Source of the DNA: Planctomycetota bacterium
Lineage (GTDB): Bacteria; Planctomycetota; Brocadiia; Brocadiales; Bathyanammoxibiaceae
Direction of reading: 5' to 3'
Assembly: GCA_023261505.1 (NCBI GenBank)
Contig: JAHFOV010000005.1
Location: 6,322-60,691, forward strand
DNA: 54,370 bases
In this document: in pieces, positions 10,244 to 20,799 of the stretch
How the letters are laid out: each line of letters opens with the position of its first letter
Position numbering within the stretch: the stretch's first letter is position 1
The notes under the pieces: model-generated
The model's database searches: none
Told to the model about the DNA's origin: nothing
Seen by the model: the letters and a program-made list of their open reading frames with translations, nothing else
Position numbers and translations under genes: made by a program

Positions 10244-11719
10244 ATGAAAAAAAGAAAGCTCATCCTCATAAACCCTCATCCCATAGGGAATGTGGGAGAA
10301 GAAAATGTCTCGGTGCTTAACCAGATGCCTGTAAATCTGGGGTACCTGATAACCCTTACCCCCGAACACTGGGAGGTGAATGTTATAGATGAGACCATAG
10401 AGCTTGCATTAGATGAAAATAATCAGCTAACCTTCCAGGGAGCAGACCTTGTTGGGATAACATCTGTGAGTTATCAAGCACCAAGGGCCTACGCTATTGC
10501 TAGTGCCTGCAAAAAGAGAGGCATCCCCGTAGTGATGGGTGGTGTTCATGCTACTACGTATCCCGGCGAAGTTTCACAACATGTAGACACCGTAGTAACA
10601 AAGGAGGCTATATCAGTATGGGGAAAGCTACTCTCAGACTTTGAGCAGGGGAAGCTTCAAAAACTTTATGATGGCGGGTTAACACCGCTGGAGAACCTTA
10701 ATGGTCTTTACCCTGGCAGGGATTTTTTGAAGAAAAAATATAAGTACCGCTATTCTGGTATCATAACTACTGCGGGTTGCCCTTTTAATTGTGAATTCTG
10801 TTCAGTGCCACAATTCCAGGGGAGGAAATATAGGGAAAGACCAATTGAAGATGTTTTGAAAGAGTTTGAGGCCATAAAGGGACAATATAGAGGTCTTGTC
10901 CTAACAGACGAGAACTTTTACGGTCACAGCAAGAAGTCTAACGATAGGGTTAGATACCTTTTTAAGGACATGGTCGAAAGAGGGATATATCAAAACTGGT
11001 TCGGCTTCACCTCTCTTAATATCTATCAGGATGATGAAACTTTGGACTACATGGTAAGAAGCGGTTGTGTGGGGGTGCTCATTGGCATAGAGTCATTAAA
11101 TAAAGATGCCCTTTATTCTATGAACAAAAATGTAAACTTGAGAATAACTATTGAAAGATACTATGAGGCGGTTAAAAACATCCGCAAGCACGGCATCGCC
11201 GTGTGGGGAACCTTTATCTTCGGTAACGACACCGACACCCCTGAGACCTTTGATGAGGTAGCAGACTTTATCTTGAACTCCCAGATTGATATTATGACCT
11301 GCGGTATTCTTTGCCCATTCATCAATACACCCCTTTACAAGCGGCTCGAGGTTGAAAACAGGCTGTTCCGTAACCACTTTCCCGAAGATTGGATTTATTA
11401 CACCTCCCACCACTTAGTCTATATCCTGAAGAAACTCTCTCTTCAAGAATTGATTGATGGGATGGAGAGACTTTATAACAAGCTCTACTCTACAGAGGCC
11501 ATAAGGAAACGTTTCCAGAACTCAAGAGACGTGCTCCAAAACAATAACTCCGCACTATTTGCCTTGAAGGTAAATTGGGATTGGCGAAACGTCTTTAAAC
11601 ATATGTTAGAAAATCTTAAAACTCTTCAGGCCTCAGGAGTGTATGAAGCAGCCCTGAACCGTATTGGTAGAAAAGAAAGGTACGATGAACCATCCAGATT
11701 AGTGGCTACCAAAATATAA
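10244..11719 (+). CDS. Cobalamin-binding radical SAM protein
   Basis: B12-binding-like N-terminus (DLVGIT...VVMGGVHAT), GCPFNCEFC (CxxxCxxC), IGIES. ATG 10244 follows a GGGAG RBS. Confidence 0.9.
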   Translation: MKKRKLILINPHPIGNVGEENVSVLNQMPVNLGYLITLTPEHWEVNVIDETIELALDENNQLTFQGADLVGITSVSYQAPRAYAIASACKKRGIPVVMGGVHATTYPGEVSQHVDTVVTKEAISVWGKLLSDFEQGKLQKLYDGGLTPLENLNGLYPGRDFLKKKYKYRYSGIITTAGCPFNCEFCSVPQFQGRKYRERPIEDVLKEFEAIKGQYRGLVLTDENFYGHSKKSNDRVRYLFKDMVERGIYQNWFGFTSLNIYQDDETLDYMVRSGCVGVLIGIESLNKDALYSMNKNVNLRITIERYYEAVKNIRKHGIAVWGTFIFGNDTDTPETFDEVADFILNSQIDIMTCGILCPFINTPLYKRLEVENRLFRNHFPEDWIYYTSHHLVYILKKLSLQELIDGMERLYNKLYSTEAIRKRFQNSRDVLQNNNSALFALKVNWDWRNVFKHMLENLKTLQASGVYEAALNRIGRKERYDEPSRLVATKI

Positions 11720-11730
11720 AAGGAATTAGT

Positions 11731-12939
11731 ATGCAAAGAGTGGTGGTAACAGGTATTGGTCTAGTAACAGCCCTCGGTGCCAACGTTAAAGAATCATGGG
11801 AGACAATGTTGGCTGGCAAAGACGGTATAGCTGAGATAACCTCCTTTGATACCTCCATGTACAAGGTTCACAAGGCCTGTGAGGTAAGAAAATTAAATTC
11901 CAACGGACACCTAATCACCAAAAAGCCCTTTACGGTGTATGATTGTCTACTGGCGGCGGCCGGGGAGGCCATGGAAGATAGCGGCCTAAATATTTATAAA
12001 CTTTTAAACAGGGAAAGGGTTGGAGTTTCAGTTGGTACCCTTGCCGGGGAACTCTCCCTCTTTGAGCAAAGACTGAGAAATCACCACGAGAACAAGGCAG
12101 ATGGATTTGACATAGACGTGGCCATGAACTATCCACCAATGACCCTTTCCACTCAACTGGCTGAGGCATTTCAATTGGAAGGGCCTAATATAATCCTCAT
12201 AAATGCCTGCTCCTCAGGTAACCACGCCATTTGCTGGGCCTTTGATGCCATACGGGAGGGCAAGGTAGATGCCATGGTGGTAGGGGGCAGTGATGTTGTA
12301 CCTCAGACAGAATTTACTCACTTCCACAACCTGAAGGCCCTTGCTCCTGAAAAATGTCAGCCTTTTGATAAGAATCGACAGGGATTGGTAGTGGGGGCAG
12401 GGGCTGGTGTTCTCATACTGGAATCTCTTGAGATGGCCTCAAAAAGAGAGGCCAAAACATACGCTGAAATAAAGGGATACGGACTCAGTAGTGATGGCTA
12501 TCATATGACAGCTCCCCACCCTAGCGGAGAAGGGGCAGCGAGGGCCATGGAGTTATCCCTACTCTCAGCAAGATTATCCTATAAAGACGTTGATTACATA
12601 AGTGCGCACGGTACCGGTACACCCTTGAACGATAAAATGGAAACCCTCGCCCTTCAGACTGTCTTTCAGGAAAGGGCCCAGCACCTCCCTTGTAGTTCCG
12701 TGAAGTCTATGATAGGCCATACTATGGGGGCAGCTAGCGCTATTGAATCCATAGTCTGCTGTCTGGTTATAAAAGAAGGGGTTATTCCGCCTACTATTAA
12801 CTTTGAGACAAAAGACCCGGAGTGTAACATAGATTGTGTCCCAAATCAGGCCAGGGAATATAAGGCAAATTACACCCTAAATAACTCCTTCGCCTTCGGC
12901 GGGAACAATGCTAGTATTATCTTTGGTAGAACCCAATAG
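11731..12939 (+). CDS. fabF: Beta-ketoacyl-ACP synthase (active KS, FabF-like)
   Basis: Catalytic triad intact: NACSSG, AHGTGT, GHTMGA; C-terminal NSFAFGGNN. Confidence 0.88.
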   Translation: MQRVVVTGIGLVTALGANVKESWETMLAGKDGIAEITSFDTSMYKVHKACEVRKLNSNGHLITKKPFTVYDCLLAAAGEAMEDSGLNIYKLLNRERVGVSVGTLAGELSLFEQRLRNHHENKADGFDIDVAMNYPPMTLSTQLAEAFQLEGPNIILINACSSGNHAICWAFDAIREGKVDAMVVGGSDVVPQTEFTHFHNLKALAPEKCQPFDKNRQGLVVGAGAGVLILESLEMASKREAKTYAEIKGYGLSSDGYHMTAPHPSGEGAARAMELSLLSARLSYKDVDYISAHGTGTPLNDKMETLALQTVFQERAQHLPCSSVKSMIGHTMGAASAIESIVCCLVIKEGVIPPTINFETKDPECNIDCVPNQAREYKANYTLNNSFAFGGNNASIIFGRTQ

Positions 12940-12966
12940 CCCGACAAAAAGAGGGGGTATCTGGAA

Positions 12967-14241
12967 ATGGCCAACCTAAAGAAGGTAGAAAGACAAGCAA
13001 GCACTAAAAAAAAGGTAGTAATAACCGGCATCGGTATTATCTCACCACTAGGTATTGGCCATAAAGCATTCTGGACAAATCTTGTCGAAGGTCGTTCGGG
13101 GGTTTCTCCAATAACTTCCATTGACGTGTCTTCCTACCCATGCAAGCTTGCCGCAGAGGTCAGGGACTTTAATGCAGGAGATTATCTGGGAGATAAAGGT
13201 CTCAAGTACTTAACAAAGGGCACCAAGTTTCTTGCCTCTGCCATTAAACTGGCACTTGAGGATGCTCAGCTACAAAACAATGGTAATTTCCCAGAATATG
13301 CGGGGGTTATAATAGGCTCTGCATTGGGTAATTACTCTCAAACCACAGACTATACTTACAACATATTTAAACTTGGTCCTGACAAACTACTCCCCATGGC
13401 TAGTTACGATGTGGCCCTTAACTCTTCCATCAATTTTGCCTCAGTATTCTTCAAGCTAAAGGGTCCCTCTAGAACCATCTCCTCTGGTTTCACTTCCAGC
13501 ATAGATGCTATAGGCAATGCCTTCAACCTTATTAGAAATAATAGCGATAACCTCCTTATAACCGGCGGTGTGGAGCAAATATCCCTGGATAGCTATCTCC
13601 TATTCCTCCTCCAGGGTCTCCTGTCTGGCTCTCACAACTCAGGGCCTGAAAAGAGCAGTCCCTTCGACAAGCATAGAAATGGTTTCGTCTTAGGTGAAGG
13701 AAGCTATGTCCTTATCCTGGAGGAACTAGACTCAGCCCTCAGGCGTGGAGCAAAAATATATGCTGAGGTAATGGGTTACGGCACAACGTACGTAGGAAGT
13801 AATAGATTCGACTTGGAAGAAAAAACAAGGAGGGTACAAAGGGCCATGGAGCTGGCCCTGGAGGATGGTGCTCTTTCCAGCGACTCTCTTGACCTCATCT
13901 ACGCCAATGGAAATTCCAGTAAACTCCTAGATATGATAGAGGCTCGAGCAATAAAGAATTGTTTGGGAAACACCTTAGGAAATGTATTAATTGCCTCTGC
14001 AAAGCCTCTTGCCGGTGAGTGCTACGGTGCATCTGGTGCTATGCAAGTAGCGTCTTGCGCATTAAGCATGGAAAATTCGCTAGTCCCTCCTATCGCCAAC
14101 CTGCAAGTCCCTGACCCTGAATGCAACCTTAATCTGGTTACAAAGAAGTCGCTTCAAAGAGACGTACATTTTGCTATGGTAAACTCTATAGACCCTGCTG
14201 GGAGTTGTTCTTGTTTGATCCTGGGAAAGGGTCAACCTTAG
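12967..14241 (+). CDS. Catalytically inactive ketosynthase paralogue (chain-length-factor-like)
   Basis: KS fold (VVITGIG, SPFD.HRNGFVLGEG), but the triad positions read SGFTSS, ANGNSS and GECYGA. Confidence 0.85.
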   Translation: MANLKKVERQASTKKKVVITGIGIISPLGIGHKAFWTNLVEGRSGVSPITSIDVSSYPCKLAAEVRDFNAGDYLGDKGLKYLTKGTKFLASAIKLALEDAQLQNNGNFPEYAGVIIGSALGNYSQTTDYTYNIFKLGPDKLLPMASYDVALNSSINFASVFFKLKGPSRTISSGFTSSIDAIGNAFNLIRNNSDNLLITGGVEQISLDSYLLFLLQGLLSGSHNSGPEKSSPFDKHRNGFVLGEGSYVLILEELDSALRRGAKIYAEVMGYGTTYVGSNRFDLEEKTRRVQRAMELALEDGALSSDSLDLIYANGNSSKLLDMIEARAIKNCLGNTLGNVLIASAKPLAGECYGASGAMQVASCALSMENSLVPPIANLQVPDPECNLNLVTKKSLQRDVHFAMVNSIDPAGSCSCLILGKGQP

Positions 14242-14410
14242 ACAATGCCCGAATCGCAACTGCAGCCTTCCTGTAAGTGTTCTTTTAACAACCCATCCTA
14301 TACAGGCAGATGTCGCAGGCGCCCTGAAATGGAAATATCGGAACGCATCCCCTATAATTAATGCAATAGTGGCGTGGCATGTTGTTTCTATTAATTAAAG
14401 TGAAATAACT

Positions 14411-16441
14411 ATGATAAGTCTTTTTGACAAGGCAAATATTGGACCTCTGGAGCTTAAAAACCGGTTGATTATGACGGCCATGGATGTGGGTTTTTCTACA
14501 GATGGCTTTATAAACGACCGCTTCATAGACTTTTACGCTGAGAGGGCAAGGGGTGGAGTGAGCCTAATAATAATAGGAGGTTGCTACCCTCACGAGAGTG
14601 GAAAGCACTGGAAGAGTATACTTGGCCTGGATGAAGACCTCTATATCCCCAGCCTTAAAAGGTTTACCGAAGCCATGCACCAACTCGGGGCTAAAACCGC
14701 CACCCAACTCCTTCATGGAGGTCGTTACGCCTCTAGCCTCTTCACAAAAAGGCAACCTGTATCCGCCTCCAGCGTGCCAAGCCGCCTGGCCAAGGATATT
14801 CCTAGACCCCTTACCATTCCCGAAATAAAAGAGATAATTAACAGTTACGCCAGGGCCGCTTTCAGGGCTAGGGAGGCGGGTTTTGATGCCGTGGAAATCC
14901 ATGGTGGCATGGGGTACCTAATAAACCAATTCTTATCACCTATAACCAATCAGAGAAAAGATGAGTACGGAGGGGATCTGCAGGGCAGACTCAGATTCGC
15001 CAGAGAGGTCGTGCAAGCTACCAGGGAGCTCGTGGAAAAGGATTTTCCTATTATCTTTAGGCTAGCGGGGGATGAGCTAATGATGGGGGGAAACAGGATA
15101 AAAGAGAACATCGAGATTGCCAGAGAATTAGCCAGAGTAGGGGTAGACGCCTTTCATGTCTCTCCAGGATGGCACGAGAGCAAGACCCCTATAATGGTTA
15201 TGGCCATTCCGAGAATGGCCTACACCTTCCTAGCGGCCTCTATCAAAGAGAATGTTAACCTGCCTGTTATAGCAGGTGTAAGGATAAATGACCTCTCGGT
15301 GGCTGAAGAATTCCTTAGAGATGGCCAAGCAGACTTTATAGCCATAGGCCGCCCCCTCATTGCAGACCCTGAACTTCCCAAAAAATATAGAGAAGGAACA
15401 TGGGAAGATATCAGGACGTGCATTGCGTGTAACCAGGGATGCTTTGATGAACTCTTGAATATGAAACCCATCTCCTGTCTTTACAACCCACAGGTGGGCC
15501 ATGAAAGAGAGTATATTATCAAGGAAGCACCTGTAAAGAAGAGGGTAATGATTGTAGGTGGCGGTCCTGGAGGGATGGAGGCTGCCAGAGTGGCTGCCTT
15601 GAGAGGACACCAGGTTGCCCTTTATGAAAAGGACTGCTACCTTGGGGGACAGCTACATTACGCCTACAAGCCTCCTGGTCGGGGAGAGTTCCAACATGTT
15701 ATCAGTTACCTTGAAAGACAAATACTAAAATTAGGGGTAAGTGTGAATCTTGGGATAAAGGTTGATACAGAGCTTATTAAAAAGGAACAACCACAGGTAG
15801 TTATTCTCTCCACAGGCTCCCTACCAATTATTCCCCCCATACTAGGGGTAAATGGCAAAAACGTGGTACTTGCCAGGGATGTCCTGGAGAGGAGGGTGCC
15901 GGTTGGAAATCCTGTGGCTATTATAGGGGGTGGGTCAGTGGGATGCGAAGTGGCCCTTTATGTGGCTAAACTGGGAAGCATGAGCCCAGAAGTAGCCCTC
16001 TTCCTCTTAAAGCACCAGATAATAGACCTTGCTACTGCCCTCCAGAGGACCCTCAGAGGGCACCGCAAGGTCACTGTACTTGAAATGAAGAAAAGACTGG
16101 GAAGCGGATTTGGACTTTCTACCCGTTGGGTCATCCTTCAGGAGATGGAAGAAACAGGTATAGAGACCCTAACCGGGGTAAAGGTAAAAGAGATAAAAGA
16201 ATCCGCCTCAGGCGGACCTGGGGGGATTCTATACGAGAAAGAAGGTAGAGGTGGGAGTGACCCTGCCACCTTTTTGCCTGCTGAAACAATCATCCTGGCA
16301 ACGGGCTACATGCCAAACAACTCCCTCTATCAGCAAATGGACAGCCTGGTGCCGGAGATGTATGCCATAGGGGATTGTGTGAAGGTCAGGACGGCTATGG
16401 AGGCCATCCACGAGGGTTTTAAAATCTCACTGAACATATAA
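14411..16441 (+). CDS. fadH: 2,4-dienoyl-CoA reductase-like NADH:flavin oxidoreductase (FadH family)
   Basis: OYE barrel (EIHGGMGYLINQFLSP.TN.R.D.YGG), CIACNQGC, two Rossmann motifs. Confidence 0.8.
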   Translation: MISLFDKANIGPLELKNRLIMTAMDVGFSTDGFINDRFIDFYAERARGGVSLIIIGGCYPHESGKHWKSILGLDEDLYIPSLKRFTEAMHQLGAKTATQLLHGGRYASSLFTKRQPVSASSVPSRLAKDIPRPLTIPEIKEIINSYARAAFRAREAGFDAVEIHGGMGYLINQFLSPITNQRKDEYGGDLQGRLRFAREVVQATRELVEKDFPIIFRLAGDELMMGGNRIKENIEIARELARVGVDAFHVSPGWHESKTPIMVMAIPRMAYTFLAASIKENVNLPVIAGVRINDLSVAEEFLRDGQADFIAIGRPLIADPELPKKYREGTWEDIRTCIACNQGCFDELLNMKPISCLYNPQVGHEREYIIKEAPVKKRVMIVGGGPGGMEAARVAALRGHQVALYEKDCYLGGQLHYAYKPPGRGEFQHVISYLERQILKLGVSVNLGIKVDTELIKKEQPQVVILSTGSLPIIPPILGVNGKNVVLARDVLERRVPVGNPVAIIGGGSVGCEVALYVAKLGSMSPEVALFLLKHQIIDLATALQRTLRGHRKVTVLEMKKRLGSGFGLSTRWVILQEMEETGIETLTGVKVKEIKESASGGPGGILYEKEGRGGSDPATFLPAETIILATGYMPNNSLYQQMDSLVPEMYAIGDCVKVRTAMEAIHEGFKISLNI

Positions 16442-16446
16442 AAAAG

Positions 16447-16568
16447 TGACTTTAGACTTTGGACTATAGACATTAGACTTTACACTGCGGACTATAGAAC
16501 GTAGACTTTTCTGCTTAAAGTGGAAGAATACCCTGTTTTTAGTCTAAAGTCCAAAGTCTAAAGTCTAA
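16447..16568. repeat. 7-nt-period inverted tandem array (AGACTTT/AAAGTCT)
   Basis: GACTTTA GACTTTG GACTATA GACATTA GACTTT ... AGTCTAA AGTCCAA AGTCTAA AGTCTA, between fadH and fabG. Confidence 0.82.
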
Positions 16569-16588
16569 TATAGAAATGGAGATTATCC

Positions 16589-17332
16589 ATGTCCTTAAAA
16601 GGTAAGGTGGCAATAGTAACAGGTGGAACCAGGGGTATAGGGAGGGCTATTGTACAGGAACTGGCTAAGAACGGTGTGGACGTGGCCTTCAACTTCCTCA
16701 AGAACTTAGAAAAGGCAAAAGAGGTAGAAAACGAGCTAAATAATCTTGGAGTAAAGGCTTTGCCTGTACAATGCAACGTGGCTGACTTCAATCAGTCCAA
16801 AGAAATGGCAACCACCGCCCTAAAGCACTTTGGGAAGATAGATATTCTTGTAAACAACGCAGGCATTACCAGGGATAATCTTATGATGAGGATGAGTGAG
16901 CAGGAATGGAAGGAGGTAATAGACACTAACCTGAATGGAGCATTCAATATTACAAGGGCTGTGGTATTCCCCATGATGAAGCAAAAGAGTGGTTCTATTA
17001 TAAATATAACCTCCGTAAGTGGGATTATAGGCATGATGGGGCAGGCCAACTATGCCGCCTCTAAGGCAGGGCTTATAGGATTCACAAAGTCTCTCGCCAA
17101 GGAACTAGCCAGATTCAATATTTCAGTAAATGCCGTAGCACCAGGATTCATAGACACTGAGATGACCCAGATGCTGGACAAGAAATATATAGAAGAGGCT
17201 CTTAAGCTTATTCCCATGGGACGAATTGGCAAGCCAGAGGAGATAGGTAAGGCTGTTATATTCTTGGTTTCCGATGCCTCGAGCTATATCACGGGCCAAG
17301 TCCTGAGTGTAGATGGCGGCCTGGCCATGTAA
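16589..17332 (+). CDS. fabG: 3-oxoacyl-ACP reductase
   Basis: TGGTRGIG, NNAGITRD, NYAASKAG, APGFIDT. Confidence 0.93.
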   Translation: MSLKGKVAIVTGGTRGIGRAIVQELAKNGVDVAFNFLKNLEKAKEVENELNNLGVKALPVQCNVADFNQSKEMATTALKHFGKIDILVNNAGITRDNLMMRMSEQEWKEVIDTNLNGAFNITRAVVFPMMKQKSGSIINITSVSGIIGMMGQANYAASKAGLIGFTKSLAKELARFNISVNAVAPGFIDTEMTQMLDKKYIEEALKLIPMGRIGKPEEIGKAVIFLVSDASSYITGQVLSVDGGLAM

Positions 17333-17466
17333 AAAAAATTGCAAATTACAAATTTCAAATTTTGATTTTTGATACGAATTTTTCAACGGCTAGACTGGAG
17401 GGCAGATAATAAAGAATACAAATTACAAATTTGTAATCTATAATTTGTAATCTGCAATATGAATTT

Positions 17467-17820
17467 ATGCTCTTTCTTGTAAAGGTTGAAATAGAAAAAC
17501 TTCCTCAAATACCTACTAGAAACTTCTTTGAACTACTCGTCAAGGAATGGGAGTATTACGAGCGGATGAAGAAGAGAGGGAAGGTGCTGGCCGGGGGTAA
17601 ACTGGCGGGTAGACGCGGCGCTGCCGCTATTTTCGATGCAGACTCAAGTGAGGAGATAGAGGCGATTGTAACTAAACTTCCCCTTTTCCCATTCTTTACC
17701 AAGATAGAAATAACCCCGTTAGTCCCTCAGGAGAAGGCCCTTTTAGACGCCAAAAGGATGTACCAGTTGGTAAAAGATTCCAACCTGATGCTCTTCCCCA
17801 CCGGCACCGAGCCTAAATAA
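17467..17820 (+). CDS. Muconolactone delta-isomerase / YCII-like small protein
   Basis: MLFLVK...IFDADS.EE....LPLFPF..IEITPL pattern. Confidence 0.65.
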   Translation: MLFLVKVEIEKLPQIPTRNFFELLVKEWEYYERMKKRGKVLAGGKLAGRRGAAAIFDADSSEEIEAIVTKLPLFPFFTKIEITPLVPQEKALLDAKRMYQLVKDSNLMLFPTGTEPK

Positions 17821-17824
17821 GTAG

Positions 17825-17891
17825 ACAGAATACAGAATTCAGAATATAGAATTTTTAATTCTGACTACTGAATTCTGACTACTGAATTCTG
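17825..17891. repeat. 7-nt-period inverted tandem array (CAGAATW/AATTCTG)
   Basis: CAGAATA CAGAATT CAGAATA TAGAATT ... AATTCTG ACTACTG AATTCTG ACTACTG AATTCTG, between convergent genes. Confidence 0.82.
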
Positions 17892-17899
17892 TGTTTTTG

Positions 17900-19006
17900 C
17901 TAGGATTTCCTTAGGAGGGACTCGTAAATCTTAAACTCTTCATCCGCCTCCTTGGTCATTCCAAGGAGTTCATAGACCAGCCCCAGGCCCTTCCTTGCCT
18001 CAGGGCTAGTGGGATCTAAACGAACTGCTTCTTTAAAAGAGGCCATAGCCTCTTCCAACATACCGGCGTTGTTGTAAAGGTGGGCAAGACCTGTATGGGC
18101 CCTGGCACAGTCAGGGTCGGCCCCAACCGCCGCTTGATAGTGCTTGAGGGCTTCCTCTGCATTTCCCGAGGAAGAATACAAGTCTCCTAAAAGGGCGTTA
18201 GCCTCTGCCAGCCGTGGCTCTATCTCCAGGGCCTTCAATTCCTCCTGAATGGCCTCTTTAGCCATACCCTTCTTTGCCAACACCATCCCCAACCTGGCGT
18301 GGGCCCGTGCATCTTTAGGGTTTAGCTCCAGTAGCGTCTCACATTGTCTTGTAGCCTTCTCAAGGGCATTCTGCGTAACATAGGCCTCTATCAAAAGATA
18401 ATGGGCTTCTACTAGAGAAGGGTTGATTTCTACGGCCTTTTGCAGTTCGCTTATAGCTCTATGAAATATCCTCCTTTTAAGAAACAGTCTTCCCAGGTTA
18501 CAGTGAGGCTCAGCCAGTTCAGAATTCAGCCTTATACTTCGGATATACTCGGCCACTGCCTCCTCAAGCTCTCCCTTCTTTTCCAAAGCGTAGCCCAGGT
18601 TATTGTTCAATTCTGCTGTATCGGGGCTTATCGCCACAGCGTTTTGATGTTCTCTCACCGCCTCTTCCACGAGACCTTTTTCCAGGTACACATTTCCCAG
18701 GTTAGAATGGGCTTCTGGGAGATTATTTTCTAGTTCTAATGCCTTTCTGAAATTGGTGATGGCCTCATCTAGCCGCCCCATCTTCTTGTAAAGAAGTCCC
18801 ATGTAAACGTATGGTCTTGGAGAGTTGGGCTCTCTTTCCAGAGCCCTCTGGCAGGCCTGCAACCCTTCCTCCAAAGCACCCTTCTGGTAACACTCCTGGG
18901 CCAGGCGGTAATATCCCTCTAATTCCTCTGTGTCCGCCAAAAGAGGGCTATCAGAGGTTAATATAAGCGAAAGAAAAAAGAGTACGGGACAGATTAAATG
19001 TTTCAT
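17900..19006 (-). CDS. Secreted tetratricopeptide repeat protein
   Basis: Tandem TPR motifs (AHSNLGNVY, NNLGYAL, AHARLG); signal peptide from ATG 19006 (MKHLIC...). Confidence 0.88.
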   Translation of the reverse strand: MKHLICPVLFFLSLILTSDSPLLADTEELEGYYRLAQECYQKGALEEGLQACQRALEREPNSPRPYVYMGLLYKKMGRLDEAITNFRKALELENNLPEAHSNLGNVYLEKGLVEEAVREHQNAVAISPDTAELNNNLGYALEKKGELEEAVAEYIRSIRLNSELAEPHCNLGRLFLKRRIFHRAISELQKAVEINPSLVEAHYLLIEAYVTQNALEKATRQCETLLELNPKDARAHARLGMVLAKKGMAKEAIQEELKALEIEPRLAEANALLGDLYSSSGNAEEALKHYQAAVGADPDCARAHTGLAHLYNNAGMLEEAMASFKEAVRLDPTSPEARKGLGLVYELLGMTKEADEEFKIYESLLRKS

Positions 19007-19215
19007 GCCAAAAATATTAACAATAATTGAATACCTGGGCAAGTGACAAGATGAAAACCCAATTACAAATTACAAATTGCAGATTACCAATTATAAATTT
19101 GGAATTTGCAATTCGTCTTTTTCACTGGCTATCCCCCAGCCTTTTTTATATATTATGAGTCCAGCTTTCAGCTAACAGACATCAGCAGTCAGCAGAGTAA
19201 AAATTAACGTCTCTA

Positions 19216-19270
19216 GTAGCCGCAGGCTTTAGCCTGCGTGAAATTTGCGCAACCTAAAGGTTGCGGCTAC
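19216..19270. repeat. REP doublet, family B (GTAGCCGCAGGCTTTAGCCTGCG), empty form
   Basis: Inverted doublet; related copies at 20800-20866 and 27709-27732. Confidence 0.85.
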
Positions 19271-19297
19271 AAATGACTGCTGGTCGGGAGACTACCA

Positions 19298-20788
19298 ATG
19301 ATACAGGGAAAGAACTTTATACGTGGGGAATTTGTTGAAAAAAAGGGAGAGTCCTTTGAGAAGAGGAACCCTGCCAATATTGATGAGCTTTTAGGTGTCT
19401 TTCCTCACTCGGACCAGAACGATATTGAAAAGGCCGTAGAGGCCGCAAGGCTTGCCTATCCGCAGTGGAGGGCACTATCCAGGATAGGCAGGGGGGAGTA
19501 TTTAGACAATCTTGTACAAATCTTAAAAAGAGACAAAGAAGAACTCTCCGTTTTGGTGGCCAAAGAGCAGGGGAAGAATATCACCGAGGCCAGGGCCGAG
19601 GTAACTGAGGGCATACACATGTTCCAGTACCAATTTGGCCTCTCAAGGATGCCCTTTGGAGAGGTTGTCTCTTCCGAGATAGAGGAGAAAGACTCTTTTA
19701 TGCGAAGGAAGCCTAAGGGTGTAATAGGGGTTATCACACCATGGAACTTCCCCTTTGCTATACCCACATGGCTCATAGGCCCCTCCTTACTAGAGGGCAA
19801 TACGGTCGTCTTTAAACCCTCCAAAGAGACCCCCTGTGTCGCGCAGAAACTTGTGGAAGCCTTTAAGGAGGTAGGAATACCTCCTGGGGTGATAAATATG
19901 CTCCACGGCAGCGGAGAAAGGGTGGGCACGCTCTTAGTAAGACATCCTAAGATAGTGGTAGTCCTTTTTACAGGCTCTGCAGAGGTAGGACAGCAGATAA
20001 GAAGGGTCTCGGCTGAAATCCCGGATAAGATGTGTGCCTGTGAGATGGGGGGAAAGAACGCCGTTATAGTGCTGGACGATGCCGATATGGAGCTGGCCGT
20101 CAATGCCTCAATTATCAGCGCCTTTAAAACTTCGGGACAGCGCTGTACTGCGGCCAGCCGCCTGATTGTCCACAAGGACGTTGTAAAAGAATTCCAGAAG
20201 CGCTTCGTAGAGGTAGCTAAAAGGATAACAATTGGTGATACCCTGGACCCGGATAATTTTGCAGGCCCCGTGATAAACGAGACCCAGATGAATAAAATCC
20301 TTCGGTATAATGAACTGGCAAAAGAAGAGGGAGCAGAGGTACTTCTGGATGGTGGGAGGTTAAAAGGCCCACAGTACGCTAAAGGCTATTTTCTATCTCC
20401 TTTTGTTTACAGAATGGAACCTAATCCAAAGAGCGTAGTGCTGAAAGAAGAGGTCTTCGGCCCCCACGTGGCCATTATCCCGGTGAAAGACCTGGAGCAG
20501 GCACTAGAGGTACATAATGATACAGAGTACGGCTTGGTAGTCTCAGTCATTACAGAAGACTGCCGAAAGGCCAGGGAAATCAGAGAGAGGTGCGAATATG
20601 GCCTGGGCTATGTGAACTTGCCTACCATAGGGGCAGAGGTCCATCTGCCCTTCGGTGGCGTGAAGAAGAGTGGAACGGGGCTTCCCTCCGCTAGCACGCT
20701 CATTGATGTAGTGACCCATCGTACTGCCTGGACGGTAAACCATGCCAGGGAAATAAAAATGGCCCAGGGACTAAAGGTCAAACTTTAA
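19298..20788 (+). CDS. Aldehyde dehydrogenase family protein
   Basis: ITPWNFP, FTGS, EMGGKN, GQRCTA, EEVFGP, PFGG.K.SG. Confidence 0.93.
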   Translation: MIQGKNFIRGEFVEKKGESFEKRNPANIDELLGVFPHSDQNDIEKAVEAARLAYPQWRALSRIGRGEYLDNLVQILKRDKEELSVLVAKEQGKNITEARAEVTEGIHMFQYQFGLSRMPFGEVVSSEIEEKDSFMRRKPKGVIGVITPWNFPFAIPTWLIGPSLLEGNTVVFKPSKETPCVAQKLVEAFKEVGIPPGVINMLHGSGERVGTLLVRHPKIVVVLFTGSAEVGQQIRRVSAEIPDKMCACEMGGKNAVIVLDDADMELAVNASIISAFKTSGQRCTAASRLIVHKDVVKEFQKRFVEVAKRITIGDTLDPDNFAGPVINETQMNKILRYNELAKEEGAEVLLDGGRLKGPQYAKGYFLSPFVYRMEPNPKSVVLKEEVFGPHVAIIPVKDLEQALEVHNDTEYGLVVSVITEDCRKAREIRERCEYGLGYVNLPTIGAEVHLPFGGVKKSGTGLPSASTLIDVVTHRTAWTVNHAREIKMAQGLKVKL

Positions 20789-20799
20789 GTAGCCTTTAA

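Noticed and set aside
14245-14361. 38-aa ORF (MPESQLQ...) as the missing ACP or a precursor peptide
   Set aside because: No DSL phosphopantetheine motif, too short, and no RBS.
16447-17891. Heptamer arrays and module stacks as possible CRISPR arrays
   Set aside because: No constant 25-40 bp repeat with unique spacers, and no cas genes in the window.
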